From Ylistrum balloti (taxonomy: Eukaryota), in contig NW_026782081.1 of the NCBI RefSeq assembly GCF_031769215.1, positions 1,984,001 through 2,048,000 of the forward strand: DNA of 64,000 nt, read 5' to 3'. The number at the start of each line of letters is the position of its first letter. Positions within the stretch are counted from its first letter, which is position 1. The position numbers and the translations under genes are program-made. Shown one piece after another: positions 40,205-53,700 of this stretch. The notes beneath the pieces are model-generated. The model did not search any database and was not told the origin of the DNA. It saw nothing but the letters and a program-made list of their open reading frames with translations.

Positions 40205-41067
40205 AAATAACATAATCAGATTTGGATTTTTTATCAAGCTTTTACATTTACAGCTGTGGTAACTCTCAGTCTGTCTTTGATTGGTTAAAAGTGTTGATGC
40301 AGGATGGTGTTAGACAATCTATTCTGCAATACGTCTATATCTGGCAATACATATTGGGTAAAAATTTAAACCAATGTTTCATTGTTATTTAATAAGTAAA
40401 CATCATTGTATTGTATTACAGGATAAATACATTTTTGACAATACACCACACCCTCTGCAGGATAGATACATTTTTGACATACCACACCCCGGTTTTATAC
40501 TGTATTGATCAGGCAAAAAGCCAATGTCTGATAATAAACATGTATATTGCTGTATCATAGAATAATTACCAAATGCTTTTTCATTGTCCTATAATAAGCC
40601 CACCTCCCTCATTTGTGTTAGAAGTTATGTATTGGCCCCAAGGATCAATACAGTAATGATTTCACAACATGATGTTTTATACTGTGCCATTGTAAAGTAT
40701 TTAGGTGACAGAAAAATGTAACATTTTTCAGACAAAGTAATACATGTTGATCAAATGACCGTAACTCTTAAGAAACAAAATTATTGAACCAGAGGAAAAA
40801 ATGAGATGAGGAAAAGGGGTGAGGAGAGAGGAATGGAATGATTATGATTCCTGTTCATGTATCAGGAACTTCATGGAGAATAAAATGAGAACTGTCAACA
40901 ACTTCCCCAAACGACTATGGATAAGACGGACAGGAAACAATGGAGTGATAATATTACTATCAGGACAGGTCAGAGTAACAAGATGATCAGAACTTGTTTT
41001 TCTCATTGTTTAGTGCTTATCTTTTGAATCTTACTAATAGCTAATGATATTATTTTTTCTTCTTCAT

Positions 41068-41930
41068 TTTATTGTGCTCCCTGAAAATTTTTGGGAGAGC
41101 ATACAGTTGCCGACTTGTCAGTCTGTCCGTTCTTTCCTGTTTGGAGCATAACTTTGCCAACAGATAAACAAGGATCATGAAACTTGTTGTTTATATACTG
41201 AGGGGTTGTGCAGTGTCCCAAATTCTTGGCTCTCAGCCCCTCAATAACAGTTACTGCACATTGTTAAAATTTTGTGTCTGGATCATTACTTTGCTTACAT
41301 TTAAACTAGGATAACGAAAATTGGTGTATACATTCATCATACTAAGATGATGTCCAGTGTGCCAATTTTAGGATCCACAACCCCTTAACTACAGAGTTAC
41401 TGCCCTTTGTTGAAATGATGTGTTTAGAGCAAAACTTTTTATTGCTTAGATTGAAACTAGGAGAATTGAACTTGGTGATTGATTATACAAAGAAATAAGC
41501 AGTGTACCAATGTAAGGGCCTGCAACCCTGTAGTTACAGAGTTATTGCCCTTTACTCAAAATTTCTTGTCCTGAACATAACTTTGCCAACAGTTAACCAA
41601 GGATTATAAAACTTAGTGTATACGTTGATCATACTAACAAAGTGTGCTGTGTACTAAATTCAGGGCATGGTGCAATGGGACAAAGTCTGGGCCCATGACA
41701 CCTTAGTACCTTTTTTTAAATTTTGTGTCATTAGCTTAGCTTTGCTTGCATTAAAAGTAGGATAATGACACTTGGTGTATACATTAGGCATATTAAGAGA
41801 ACATGCAGTATATTAATATCAGGGCTTGCAACCCCTCAGTTACAGAATTATCAGCCTTTTTTGAGTCCAGTAATGTCGTTTTTGGGGAGCATTTATCAGA
41901 TTCACCGTTTTTAACCAGTACACCCTTTTT
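41068..41930 (+). mobile_element. HINE/DINE-like element with about 5 central ~145-bp units
   Basis: The 5' end has TTTATTGTGCTCCC...GGGAGAGCA (hairpin) then GTCAGTCTGTCCGT. The matching subterminal GGGAGCA lies near 41885. ATAACTTTGCC and GTTACTGCCC motifs recur. Confidence 0.7.
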
Positions 41931-42000
41931 TTCTAAATGAAGGTATCTTTGGAAATATATAAGTTGTGAAATTTTAAAAACAAGCATACATTAGTTTATC

Positions 42001-43358
42001 TTTATTAGCTGACCTAGTCAAAAGGACAAAGATAAACTGATGCTATAGTGTGGTATCTGGACTGCCATTGTCTTTATGTCAACAACTTCTTCATAACCAA
42101 TGATTCAAATTAAACTTAATTTAACTGGAAGCATACCTCAGTGGTGGATATTTAAGTTGTACAAATAGTGGGGCTGAGTGGCAGGGCCAAATGGGGAAAC
42201 TGGTCTATATTGCTATAAAAGCAACAACTTCTTATACGAATGAATGATATCTATGTACTAGATATCACTCATGAGGTTGAAAGAATTCAGATGAGGTGTA
42301 GATAGAAATTTGTACAAATAGTCGAGCTGAATCCCCAACCCCTACCTTATATGGACTGGATATCACTCGTGTGGTTGAAAACTTTTCTGCAGATATTCAA
42401 AATTGTGCAAATGGAGAGACTGATCTCCCAGGAGACTGATGGGTGGGGCCAACAAAGGTTACTATATTTAGTTCTATTGGTTTAAGTGATTTCTTCTCTG
42501 GTACAAAGCAATGGATATCACACATATTTGACTGGAAGCATCCCTACGTACAGAACAGAAAAGCAGAGTGCAATAAGGGAAATTTGATAGATTCTTTAAA
42601 CTCCTTTTGAAGGAATGGAAAGATCTTTTTTGAATTGGCAAATTTTATCTATTTTACAACAATTGCAAAGCAAGTTTTTCCAACTTATATCAATCACTCT
42701 TGTTGGCTCTGATGGAAGTGTACGAGTGGTGTTAGTGTGGGAGGAAACCAGAGTACCTGGGGAAAACCCACGTGGTTAAGCAGGTGACCCCATACCTTTT
42801 CAAATCCACTCTGGGGTTCGAACCCCAAACAGCTAGGTGAAGGGAGAGCGCTTTACCAATGCGCCACCCAACCACCAATCTGATGCATATTCTTGGATGA
42901 AAGGGAATCTTTTTTTTTGTAAATGGTAGGTCTAAACTTCTAGGGGCCTAAGGGAGGGTGCCCAAAATTGGAAATATAGCAAGTTCTTTTTGAATTCTGT
43001 TTTCCCTGTAGGAAAAATTGGATTTGGTTAAAATTTAGATTGAAGTAGCCTTGAGTCAGGGAACTCAATTTTGTATGAATGGTGGATCTGACCTCACTGA
43101 GGCCTGGGGCACAAGAAGGCAGAATGGAGGAAAATCTTTCTTCGGTTTGAAATGGATGAAACTTTTTTGGCAAAATTTTGTAAAAAAAACAACCTTGGGT
43201 GTGACTTTTGTATAAAAAATGGCCCGTTGGAGCAGAGGGGCTGGACCTAATAGGGGAAATAGATATTAAAACATTAGAAAAAATTTCCTTTAGTTTTGAT
43301 GAAGCAATTTTAGTCAAGCTAAATCAGAGGGGCGATACAGGCCCTATTGGCCTCTCAT
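42001..43358 (+). mobile_element. HINE/DINE-like element of a second family, interrupted by a SINE
   Basis: Starts TTTATTAGCTGACCT and ends GAGGGGCGATACAGGCCCTATTGGCCTCTC (subterminal repeat plus hairpin). Confidence 0.65.
42692..42876 (-). mobile_element. tRNA-derived SINE with a V-type central domain
   Basis: Minus strand has A-box TGGCGCATTGG and B-box GGTTCGAACCC, then GTGGGTTTTCCCCAGGTACTCTGGTTTCCTCCCACA. Confidence 0.85.
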
Positions 43359-44915
43359 AATAAAAAATTTCTGATTGTTTTAATGGTGAAGATTCTATAA
43401 TGCAGATATTGAATACCCGGTAAGAGATTAAATTTCATGCATTCATACATCAAACCTCAGTACTGATAAAAAATATTGTTAATCATAACTGCAGCAAGTC
43501 AATTTGATGTGACATAAACTATAACAATGCTTTCCTCTGTTTATGAATTGTATGATTTAGGTTTTTCCATACCACATGTACCAAATAAACAAATTAAGTA
43601 TGGTTTGAAGAATAGAAATTAAGATTTAGATTTGTCATGATTTAATTTATTGAAATAAGCCAGTCTTTGTCATTAAAATAATCACTGTATATGAACAAAA
43701 GTAAATGAAATCATTGTATGAATATAACTGAGAGGTAATTTAAATCAATGACAAACTTGTAGATTGGCAGTCTGTTTTTTTTTTCAATGAGACCTGAGTT
43801 CAGTAATGTGTACACAAATAACTTGCATGACTATACCTCATTTACACCAGTATAGAATATCTGTGGTGGTGGAGATTCATATCAAAACTTTTTTAGACAA
43901 TGAAATTTGAAGCATCTTGATCAAAAACAGATTTAATGAATGACAGTATACATTTCACATGTATATAACAACACCTGAGGACTTTGAATTATCTGATCTC
44001 ATTTTCAACAGCCTGCCCCTTTAATACATGTTTATTAATACATTCAATGACAACCTCTCTTCAGAGCATTAATTCAGATGAAGAGTTGCAGCAAGTTCAA
44101 ATATTCAGTATCAAAATTAAATTTTACTGCAATATGTTAATTGAATTTGTGCCTTGAAGAGATAAGTAAAAAAAAATCTGTATTTTACATAGATTAGCAA
44201 GATGTCTACATACAGACTGCAAACATGAAACATAAAATCAATGACATGACACTCTGGGCAATACATACTGTGAAATCATCAATTTTCATGGGGGATTTCA
44301 TGGGTAATCTGCAAATTCATGTGTCCATGAACTGTTAGTACAAGTACATTTATTGGTCTATATTTATCAACGAAACCAAATGTCCATGAGATAGAGATTA
44401 AAAATATATATATATATATATCTTTATATATATATATAAAACTTGGGCCCCACGAATATAAATGATTTTGCAGTAAAAGGGGTAAAAGACAAAGTTTTGA
44501 AATACTTAATAAAGGGTAAAAATAATGTCACTACCTTATCTTCGTATAACTGAATGTAAAAGATGATCTGCCAAGTATGATTGGAAATTCAACAATGTGT
44601 GTTGCTAATTAAGTTTCATGTAAAATCAATAATACAAATGAATTATCTTCAGAAAAACGATGAAAGGAGCAATGACTCGTCCAAAACTTGTCAAATGGAA
44701 GTTCCTCTTAAGATAACTCCACTGCATGTATCAGACTAAATGGGAGAGAAGAGGTCTAACAAAACCGAATAATGAGGAAACTAAAAAACGCAATAATTTT
44801 CTCATAAATTATCCAATCAATATGCTAATCAGGAAAATATAACTTGTGCCAAGGTAATGCAGTCAATCAAGTTTTAATGAGGTAGGTTGACAGCTAAAGA
44901 GATCTGATGAAAGCA

Positions 44916-46090
44916 AAAAAGTCCAATGCCCTTGAATTGCTTACCTGGTATTCAATGCTCATCTCAAATACATGAGCATTCAACCCCACTGTTACAACTT
45001 CAAAACAATTTTCATGTTATGAAGGTATCTGCCAAGTTTCATGCTTCACAGTCTTTTGGCAGGTAATCAATATAGTCTTTCAAAAGATTTAATAAAGTAG
45101 ACCTCTGTGACATTATAAAATGGGTCAAGGTAATTTCTTTTCACAAACTTTGTCAGGCTTCATCCTATGAACTTGATCGGCCAAATACCATCAGCTGCCC
45201 CTTTTGATTAATCACAGGAATTTGTTTCCATATTTTAACAAATTTGACCCCTATGACCTTTTCACAAATAAGTTGGGATTTCTACTTGAAATCTATTAGT
45301 CAAATATAATGCTTCTGCACTTTTTGGTTTGTCAGAAGAAGTTGAACTTGAATATGGTCAAGGTAATTTCTATTCACAATCTTTGTCAGGATTCATCCCA
45401 ACAACTCATCAGCCAGCGGGGAGGACCAACAATATTCCTGAATTACAGTATTAAATAGATGAATATACAGAAACGGTAATAAGGAGTCAAAAGGTTGAGG
45501 GAAAACAAGTCTCAAGTAAGTTAGATAGAAACTTAGAAAGGAAATATCTGGCCTAGATATGAGAAAAAAACCCTGAAAACCACAATGCCATGAAGGAAAA
45601 CACAATTTTATGTAACAGTTTTAAAGTCCTATCAAGTTTCACTGAAATTAGAACAATAACTGAGGAAGGAGATCATGAAAATGCTGAACAGTCAAAGGGC
45701 AATGCCTGTGGAGTTTTTTGATGCTGTTCACGAAAACATCATTTCATAGCTATGAAACCTACTCCGTTTGAAAGAAGTCCATTGAAAACTGAAAGAGAGA
45801 ATATCTCTGAACAAGATTAACGTAACAAAAACAAGGGGCAATAACTCTGCCACATACAACTTCATGTCATGCTTATTATTCCTACCAAATCTAAAAGAAA
45901 CAGCTTGAAACGAGGGCAGATTTCCGGTTAAGATTTTCATTATGAAAACAACAAGGGGCAATAACTCTAAATATGGCCAAATCAAATTGGAGTTCAGGAT
46001 AAAGCAACTTCATAATCATGTCTGGTGATAAGCCTACCAAGTCTGAAAAAGAATGGTTGAAAACTGTAGGAGGAGATGTCCATAAAATGT
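44916..46090 (-). mobile_element. Degenerate HINE-like element; boundaries approximate
   Basis: + strand GTCCAATGCCCTTGAATTGCTTACCTG resembles the reversed 3' end. AAGGGGCAATAACTCT and GGTCAAGGTAATTTC units recur. Related fragments lie at about 53880-54290 and 24050-24330. Confidence 0.45.
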
Positions 46091-46204
46091 CCAGTTAAAA
46101 GCATTTTGATGGGTATACAATGTTACACATATGAAATCTAACAAATATTTTGTCATTGCATATCAGTTCACTGCCTTTAGATATACCAAAAGGATAATGA
46201 TTCA

Positions 46205-46410
46205 CCTGTCTACAACACTAAGTCATCATTCACTCATTACATTTGACTATAACACTAACTCATTATTCATCCTTTACACTTGCCAATCCACAACATAAAG
46301 TCATCATTCACCCATAACACTCTCCCATCTACAACACTAAGTCATCTTTCACCCATCTGTAACACTAAGCCATCATTCACTCATCTAAACACTGTCATCA
46401 TTCATCCATC
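46205..46410. repeat. Decayed minisatellite, about 30-bp unit
   Basis: Recurring AACACTAAGTCATCATTCAC.CATCTA. Confidence 0.65.
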
Positions 46411-47751
46411 AAACAATCTTACACATATATACAGGTTTCTTTTATTTATGTTTGTTAAATAAAGGGTAAACTTTAGAGAACTTACTGTAGCACATATCAA
46501 TTTAATCCAATAATTTATACATCATTCGAACCTTATTTTTCAATCATTTTTTCACCATGCATCAGTTTTGATCTATCAAATGATCATTATGTGAAATCTT
46601 TTAAATGTATTTTACTTTTTAAAGAAAATCACATTCTGATTATTCATATAAATTTCTAAGGTTGATGTCTCACAATTATGTAACAGTCTACTTGATTATC
46701 TCCCCTTAACATTATATGCTGCCCATTAGATATCACCCTGAAAACATAATAAATAATATGCAGTAACTGTAAGGCAGAAGTTACAAAGATGAAATGTTGC
46801 TGACCATTCAAACATGGATAGCATAAAGGAAAATTTAAAAAGTGACCTAGCAGGTTCACAGACCACACAAAAATTAATTATTTGATACACAAATGTAGAT
46901 CATTCTAAAATGACGACATCATTTCATACACAGTCACTCGAAAGCAATTCACAATAAGACTGGTTTCTTTTTTCGCTCAAATTTTGTAGTTGTTTTTTTT
47001 TTTTCGCTGAAAATTCCTACAGAATACATACTACTAACTTATCAAATACAAGTTCATATATCTTAAAACATCATCTTCATAAGTCCTTGATGAAATAAGC
47101 AGTATCACGTAACAGCAAAAACCATATCCACAAGTGACCGTTTATAACAGCCCGACAAACTATTCTAACTGTTATATATCTATCTAAAGTCTGTATTTAC
47201 AGAAAATACAATATCACAAATGTCTGTAACAATAGAATCCTACTGACCCATTTGTTTGTTCAGAGTCTGGAAAATAAAATATGCATTTGTAAAAGAAGCA
47301 CTAACACTATCCCAAATACTGTATTTCAATGACATCTGTCAACATTTCTCCATTAAAATATCAATAGTTTTATGACAATAAGGATGAACAGCAAATGATG
47401 TCTCTAATTATTTCCACTTTTCTTTTTTATTAACTCACTATGTTGAGACAGTTATGGGGCTTAGAACTCGACAGAGAAAGAAAGAATATTCATTCCGAAA
47501 TAGAGACAAGTTCAGATAATAATGTGAATTAAGTTAATAATTGCAGATATACTATTATTCTGATCTCCAAATTTTTTGTTTTGTAAAACAAATTTGTATC
47601 GAGCCCATCCTGTAAAGTTAATCGACCCCCACATCTAAAATATTATGCTATATTAATTTGGCCGAAACCAAATAAAAATAGCACCAAATCAACCATTCAT
47701 ATGTCAGAATATAAAATACAATTGTCACATAAATCCTACTGTTTACGCTCG

Positions 47752-50700
47752 TCATTTGGTGCGTGTTAGAACAACAGTAGCTATATTGTTGAGGGCATCC
47801 TTGTAAGTGGAGGGAGCCAGATGGGAAAGCTGGTATACTGCCTCCTTACTGTGTTCCTCTGCGAGCATGCGAGTCTGTTCCACCCCATTACTCTATAAAG
47901 AGACGTTATAGCAACTGGTAAAATTTCTTACTAAATTAAGTCATAATTATTCAGACATTCTATTGACATTTTCTACATCATTTCATACAAACAACAGAGG
48001 AGAACCTATTTCCCCCTAAATCTATTTTTTGGGATGGAGGGTTTCAGATTTAAGTACAAGTAGAATTCATTGTTCTGCTGCCTTGTGTTTACCAGTTAGT
48101 GTAATGAATTTATATGTTCATGAATAAGATACAAGTTGACATGGATTGAAGTAATAGTGAATATTTTAATCAAGATTTATCCACAAATTCAAGGGTCAAT
48201 AAAAATGTATATTTTTGGAAAACCAGGAAATTTGAGTCTCACAATAATACATCATTTCACAGTATAAAGGTAGAGTTTGAATACGAGAAGTGAAGTGAGT
48301 GTGAAGATTGATTCAATAGTACATTAATACAGTTCAGTGAAGTACCTCTGGAAGCAGGTTATGCAAAATAAACAGCAACAAGAAATATGAATTTAGATTT
48401 CTTCTATTTAAGTGTAGATATAAGTAAAAAAAAACTTACATTAGCCACCATTTCCCTTGCCCTTTCTACATCTCCCTCCAAAGAAAATCTCCTCATTATC
48501 ATAGAGTTGAGCTCTGGATGGTGACTGGTGGCAAACAACACAGGAGCAGTGGCTAATCCAAGGCGGAGATCAGCAGCGGTGGGCTTCCCCATTACATGAT
48601 CACATGAGGTAAAGTCTAGTAGGTCATCTATTAACTGTAAAATCAAAGCCATCAAGGAGAAAATCAATAACAATGTAACAAACTGTCTATATCACATTTC
48701 ATAAGCTAGTAATGTATTAACCAATTTCATTCACTAAGGGAGCTATGACAGGTATAAACAGATGACTCCAATATCAATCTACCTGGAAAGCTACTCCTAT
48801 ATTCCTCCCATATTGATAGGCTAATTCTACAACATCATCTGGGCATTCAGCAAGGACAGCCACCTACACAAAAATAAAAATGTAAACATATTAGTGATGT
48901 CTTGTTCCCTCTGACTTAAGTACTTGTTATTCCAGTAATGTTAAGGGAATGAAATGAATCTAAGTAAATACAAGTACACAAAATGAAGTTTTTATTTCTT
49001 CAAAGTTTTCACTATTTTTTTTTTTCAATTTACAGGCAGTCTTGAGAAAACCGTACTTGGAGCATTAGTTCAAATGCAGATTAAAAAAAAAATCCTGGTG
49101 ACCCAAATTCAATTTTTCCTTTGAAAGCTGATATTTGAAATATACACAAGCCCAACCGGTATAAATTATGCTTGCTCTACAGTCATCACTCTAGTGGAAT
49201 AATACTTCCATGAAGATATGCAAGTACCAGTCCTTAAATGAGTCTACATGCATAACAGCTTTTAATCCACATTTGATTGACAGCCATTGATCATGTTGAC
49301 CAGAGCACTAGATACCACTGGAATTGTCAGGTAGTATAAACTGTTTCATTTGTTTACATTTTTTTGGGGTATATTTTCTAACCATGCCTTTTTTCCTTAA
49401 ACTTACAGCTTTGCATGTATTCGCTATAAGGCTAGCAGTTTTCTTAAATGTTTTCTTGAGGTAGTGGTTGAATCTGGCATTCTCATCTTCTTTAGACCCT
49501 AACTGCATAAATTCTCCTGTTAATGAAGAAAAAAACAAAGATTTCATACCAAGTTGTCCAGTTGCACTGTCAAATATGAATTGTTTTCTTTCATAAACAA
49601 TTTTAATTGGATACTTTATCGCATTTCTTACCAAAAAACATGAAGCAAAAAAACAAACCTCTTTTCTTACTTTTTGAAATTGCTCAATGTTTGAGAATAA
49701 TTCGGGCCAGACTTAGAGATCTAAGAGATTTTATCATAAAACCATTTCACTTAATTAACTGATATTCAGCAACAGCTTTTATGTGTGACTGCTAATCTTC
49801 ATTACAATAAATCCCATCCTCAGCTTACAAAGGGACACAGTGACATTAAAATCTTGCCTAGAGGAGTTTCCTAAAATTAGGAGATTATCTTATTCTAATC
49901 AATGATACACTTGGAAGATTTGGTAGGAAAATTGAATTTAAATGTCACCTATCTGACTGGTGAAAACTGACAAATATGTAAATATTGGTAGCATTTACAT
50001 TCGTAGATCAGAATCAATGATGTAATATACTATTGATGCTTTGAAAGAAATTCATCAAATTAAATGCTAACCTCGTACTAAGTCTTCTATAACCTGGGCT
50101 AAAATGTAAACAACCTCTTCTTTTCTGATCTTGGCTATAGCTACAGAAGCCACTGACAAAATATAGTCACCTGCTAAGATAGCCTGTAGAGAAAAATGGA
50201 AAGTTTAAACACATTAAAAATTTCCATGATTCATAAGATTAATTGGAGAGGAAAAAAATTCTTCGACTAATCTTCTACATCTTTAGCTGTTCAAAAATCA
50301 AAGAATATTTGTTACTAACTACATGAGTTCTTTTCACATTTTTCACCTGAAAACAAAACTAAATTCTGTGTACATTGTCAGAGTCTAAAAATTACTTTAT
50401 GAACAGCTGATTGTAACACGTTTCTCATGAAAAGACTACATTCATTCCCACCTTCCAGCATTAGTTGATGTGCTGATATTGTTTCAATGGAAATTTTCCT
50501 GTTTGGTTTGATGACCAAGTTGTGACCAACACTATTCCTGTATTAATGGGCATTATTTTTCCATGTCAACATACAATGTACATGTATTTTGCATATTAAT
50601 CAACAACAAAAAAATTTGTGAACTATAAAAGGAAATTTATCAGAGCATTGGCAGGCAGATAGATCAATGATTTTATATATTTATTTCTGTTGTTTGGTTA

Positions 50701-53700
50701 TCAATAATCACTGTGTAAGGTCTGGTTACATAAATTCTGCAGCAGGCAAATGAACAGGTAATAAAAAAGCTGGCATTTCAAAGTAAATTATTTGATAAAA
50801 TATCTTAAATGAAACTAAGCTGTGATGTAATAATACTTTGTTCACAAATATTCATTTTCCATCAAAAATAAACCTTACTTCCAGCACTCATTGAGTAATG
50901 ATAAAGAGATCCCGAAGTGATTTGGGAACCCACCATTTTAAGGCGTTTATTGGGTCTATAGAGGATGGATCTTTAACTCTCTTCTCTTTTCTAACCTATT
51001 GTTTTCTCTTTGGTCAGCCATTTTGTTTCGTCTACGAAAGACCAAGGGGAACTGACATATAAAATTTAATAAATAGTAACAACAAATCTCTACTTTCAAA
51101 ATCCAATATTGCCAACTGTGTGACACTTTGTCTTTTAGTTCAGTCCAAGAGCTAATAATGTACAATTTTTGACCAAGGAGAATCTATATTTTAAATTTGA
51201 GAAATGTGCTATTTCAACTGTTAACGTCCAATATGGCAGCCAGTTGGACATTTCATTTCTCCAATCAGTCACAAAACTGATTATGCACAACTAAGGACCA
51301 AGCAGAGTCCATACTGTGTATGATTTTAAAAAGATATTTCAAGTACTTCTGAAGAAATAAGGATAACAAAATTCAAATTTCAAAATAATAAATTTAGCTT
51401 TTTTTAATCAGTCCCCAAAATTGACCAAGGGAAAGATACTATATGCTTGAAAGGTAAGAAGTAACTCTCCAGTGCTTCACAAGAAATAAAAATATCATAA
51501 AAAACTTAAGTTTTCAGAATCAAACATGGTTGCATGTCAGCCTTTTCATTTTTTCTTAAAAAGGAAAAGTACATTAACACATTCACAACAAGGAACCCAG
51601 GAAAATATACAAAAGATAATGTCCAATTCCTAGCACTATTAGCAGTAACAAGAATGGTTTAGACAGACAGACGATCAGACCACTGACCATGAACGAAAGG
51701 GCAATTTGAATAGCCCACCAATATCAGTTAGTAAAATAGCCAAAACTGACCTTCCTCTGCCCCCATAAATTATCTACAGTAGGCTTTCCTCTGCGTGTGT
51801 CAGATGCATCAATGACATCATCATGGATTAAACTTGCTGTATGGATCATTTCAGCAACCATAGATACTTCTCTCTGGCTCTGTAGTAAACTGTTAAACAC
51901 ACAAATACAATCATTTCCAATATCTAAGTTCATTTCCTTGTTAAAGCATTCCAAATTGTTAGCATACAAATTTCTAGTAGTAAGTCTGTCTGTACCTATC
52001 TCATTCTGTGAAATTAACAAGAAAAGTTGTTTATTTTTCCTACAGTTAATCCGTTAATCCATTCCTTTACTTTAGTCAGAGATAATGTGTTGCCCCCCTC
52101 CCACCTCTAGACCCCCCTTACTTTAAGTCAGAGGTTGAGTGTTTGCCCTTGGACTTCCTCATGACTTTGTGTCTACAGTAATGTGTTGGCCTTCAGGGTT
52201 TTTCTATTATTCTAAGCCAGAGGTAATGTGTTGGAATCCTGGACCTCCTCCTTACTTCAAGTGAAGAGGGTAAAGAAGTAGTGTGTTAGCCCCTTGGGCT
52301 TGTTACAGAATAATTATGGTAATAAATTCGTACCTGTGGTGAGAGAGTGTCATAGTAACTGCAGTGAGGGACAACTATGTTAACTTGGGTGATGCAGAGC
52401 TATATTATCTGGAGTGATGGAGGGTTATAGTAACTGGAGTGAGGGAGAGCTATGGTGACAGGAGTGAAGGAGAGTTATAGTAACTGGAGTGAGGGAGAGT
52501 TATGGTGACAGGAGTGAGGGAGAGCTATAGTAACTGGAGTGAGGGAGAGCTATGGTGACAGGAGTGAAGGAGAGTTATAGTAATTGGAGTGAGGGAGAGT
52601 TATAGTATCTGGAGTGAGGGAGAGTTATGGTGACAGGAGTGAGGGAGAGCTATAGTAACTGGAGTGAGGGAGAGCTATGGTGACAGGAGTGATGGAGAGA
52701 TAAAGTTACTAAAGTGATGGAGAAAGACTAATGTTATTCATGCTGAGTTTAAATTTCTAAAATAAACCTGACCGATACATTCAATATTTTCTGTACATTT
52801 TGTGTATAATATGTACAGCTAATTATCAGTCTACTTATTGATAACCTTACATCACAGGTTGGGATAACTCTTCTATGTTTTGAAGTTTCAGTCATACATT
52901 GTGACTACATTGTTATAAACTAATGTGTCAGGTTTTACAATACCTGTACACGTTATCTGTTTATAGATTAACAAACAAATAAATGAAGTGCAATTTTTAT
53001 GACTATTTTTTACATAATATGTTCTATAACTCTGAAAACATATTTATTAAGATACTTAACATGTACAACAGACAAAAATCATACCTGTCTGATTTCTTCA
53101 TATGAGCATTCAGAGCTTTAGCCATAAGCATCACTAGCATGGGACGGAATGCCTTGCCCTTGCCATCAAAATAGTACTGTGTTATATCAGCTAATTCTTC
53201 ATTCTGTGGTGTTAGTTTCTGAAGAAGAAACCTATCGTTTTCTAAATCCTGCATGTATGGTTGGCTTGGAAACAAAAAACATGCTTCTCAATACAAGTAT
53301 TTTTTGTTTATTTATCAAAGGGTCTTGACTGCAACTTTTAATAATTTCACAATCTGTCTAAAGTGATGCAAAAATGTAGGTAGTTTTTAGTATCCAACTC
53401 TCTTGGCACCGATGACTGTGAAAGTTTTTCCCACTTTATAGCTTTGTCAGATGAATATGAATATTTTGAGGGTGGAGGAAGACCACAGTCATGACATATG
53501 ATGTCAAAGTGTTAATCAATGATAGAAAGATTTACCAAATAAGATATGCCTACACACGTCAAGCCTTTATTCATTTAAATTTTATGACACCATCACTTTC
53601 TAACATGACTCACCTGTTTTATATTTGAACATAGCATATTTAATTCTGGTTCCACTAGACCAAAAGGAGATGCTAATACATGGTTATCTCCCCCTAATCC

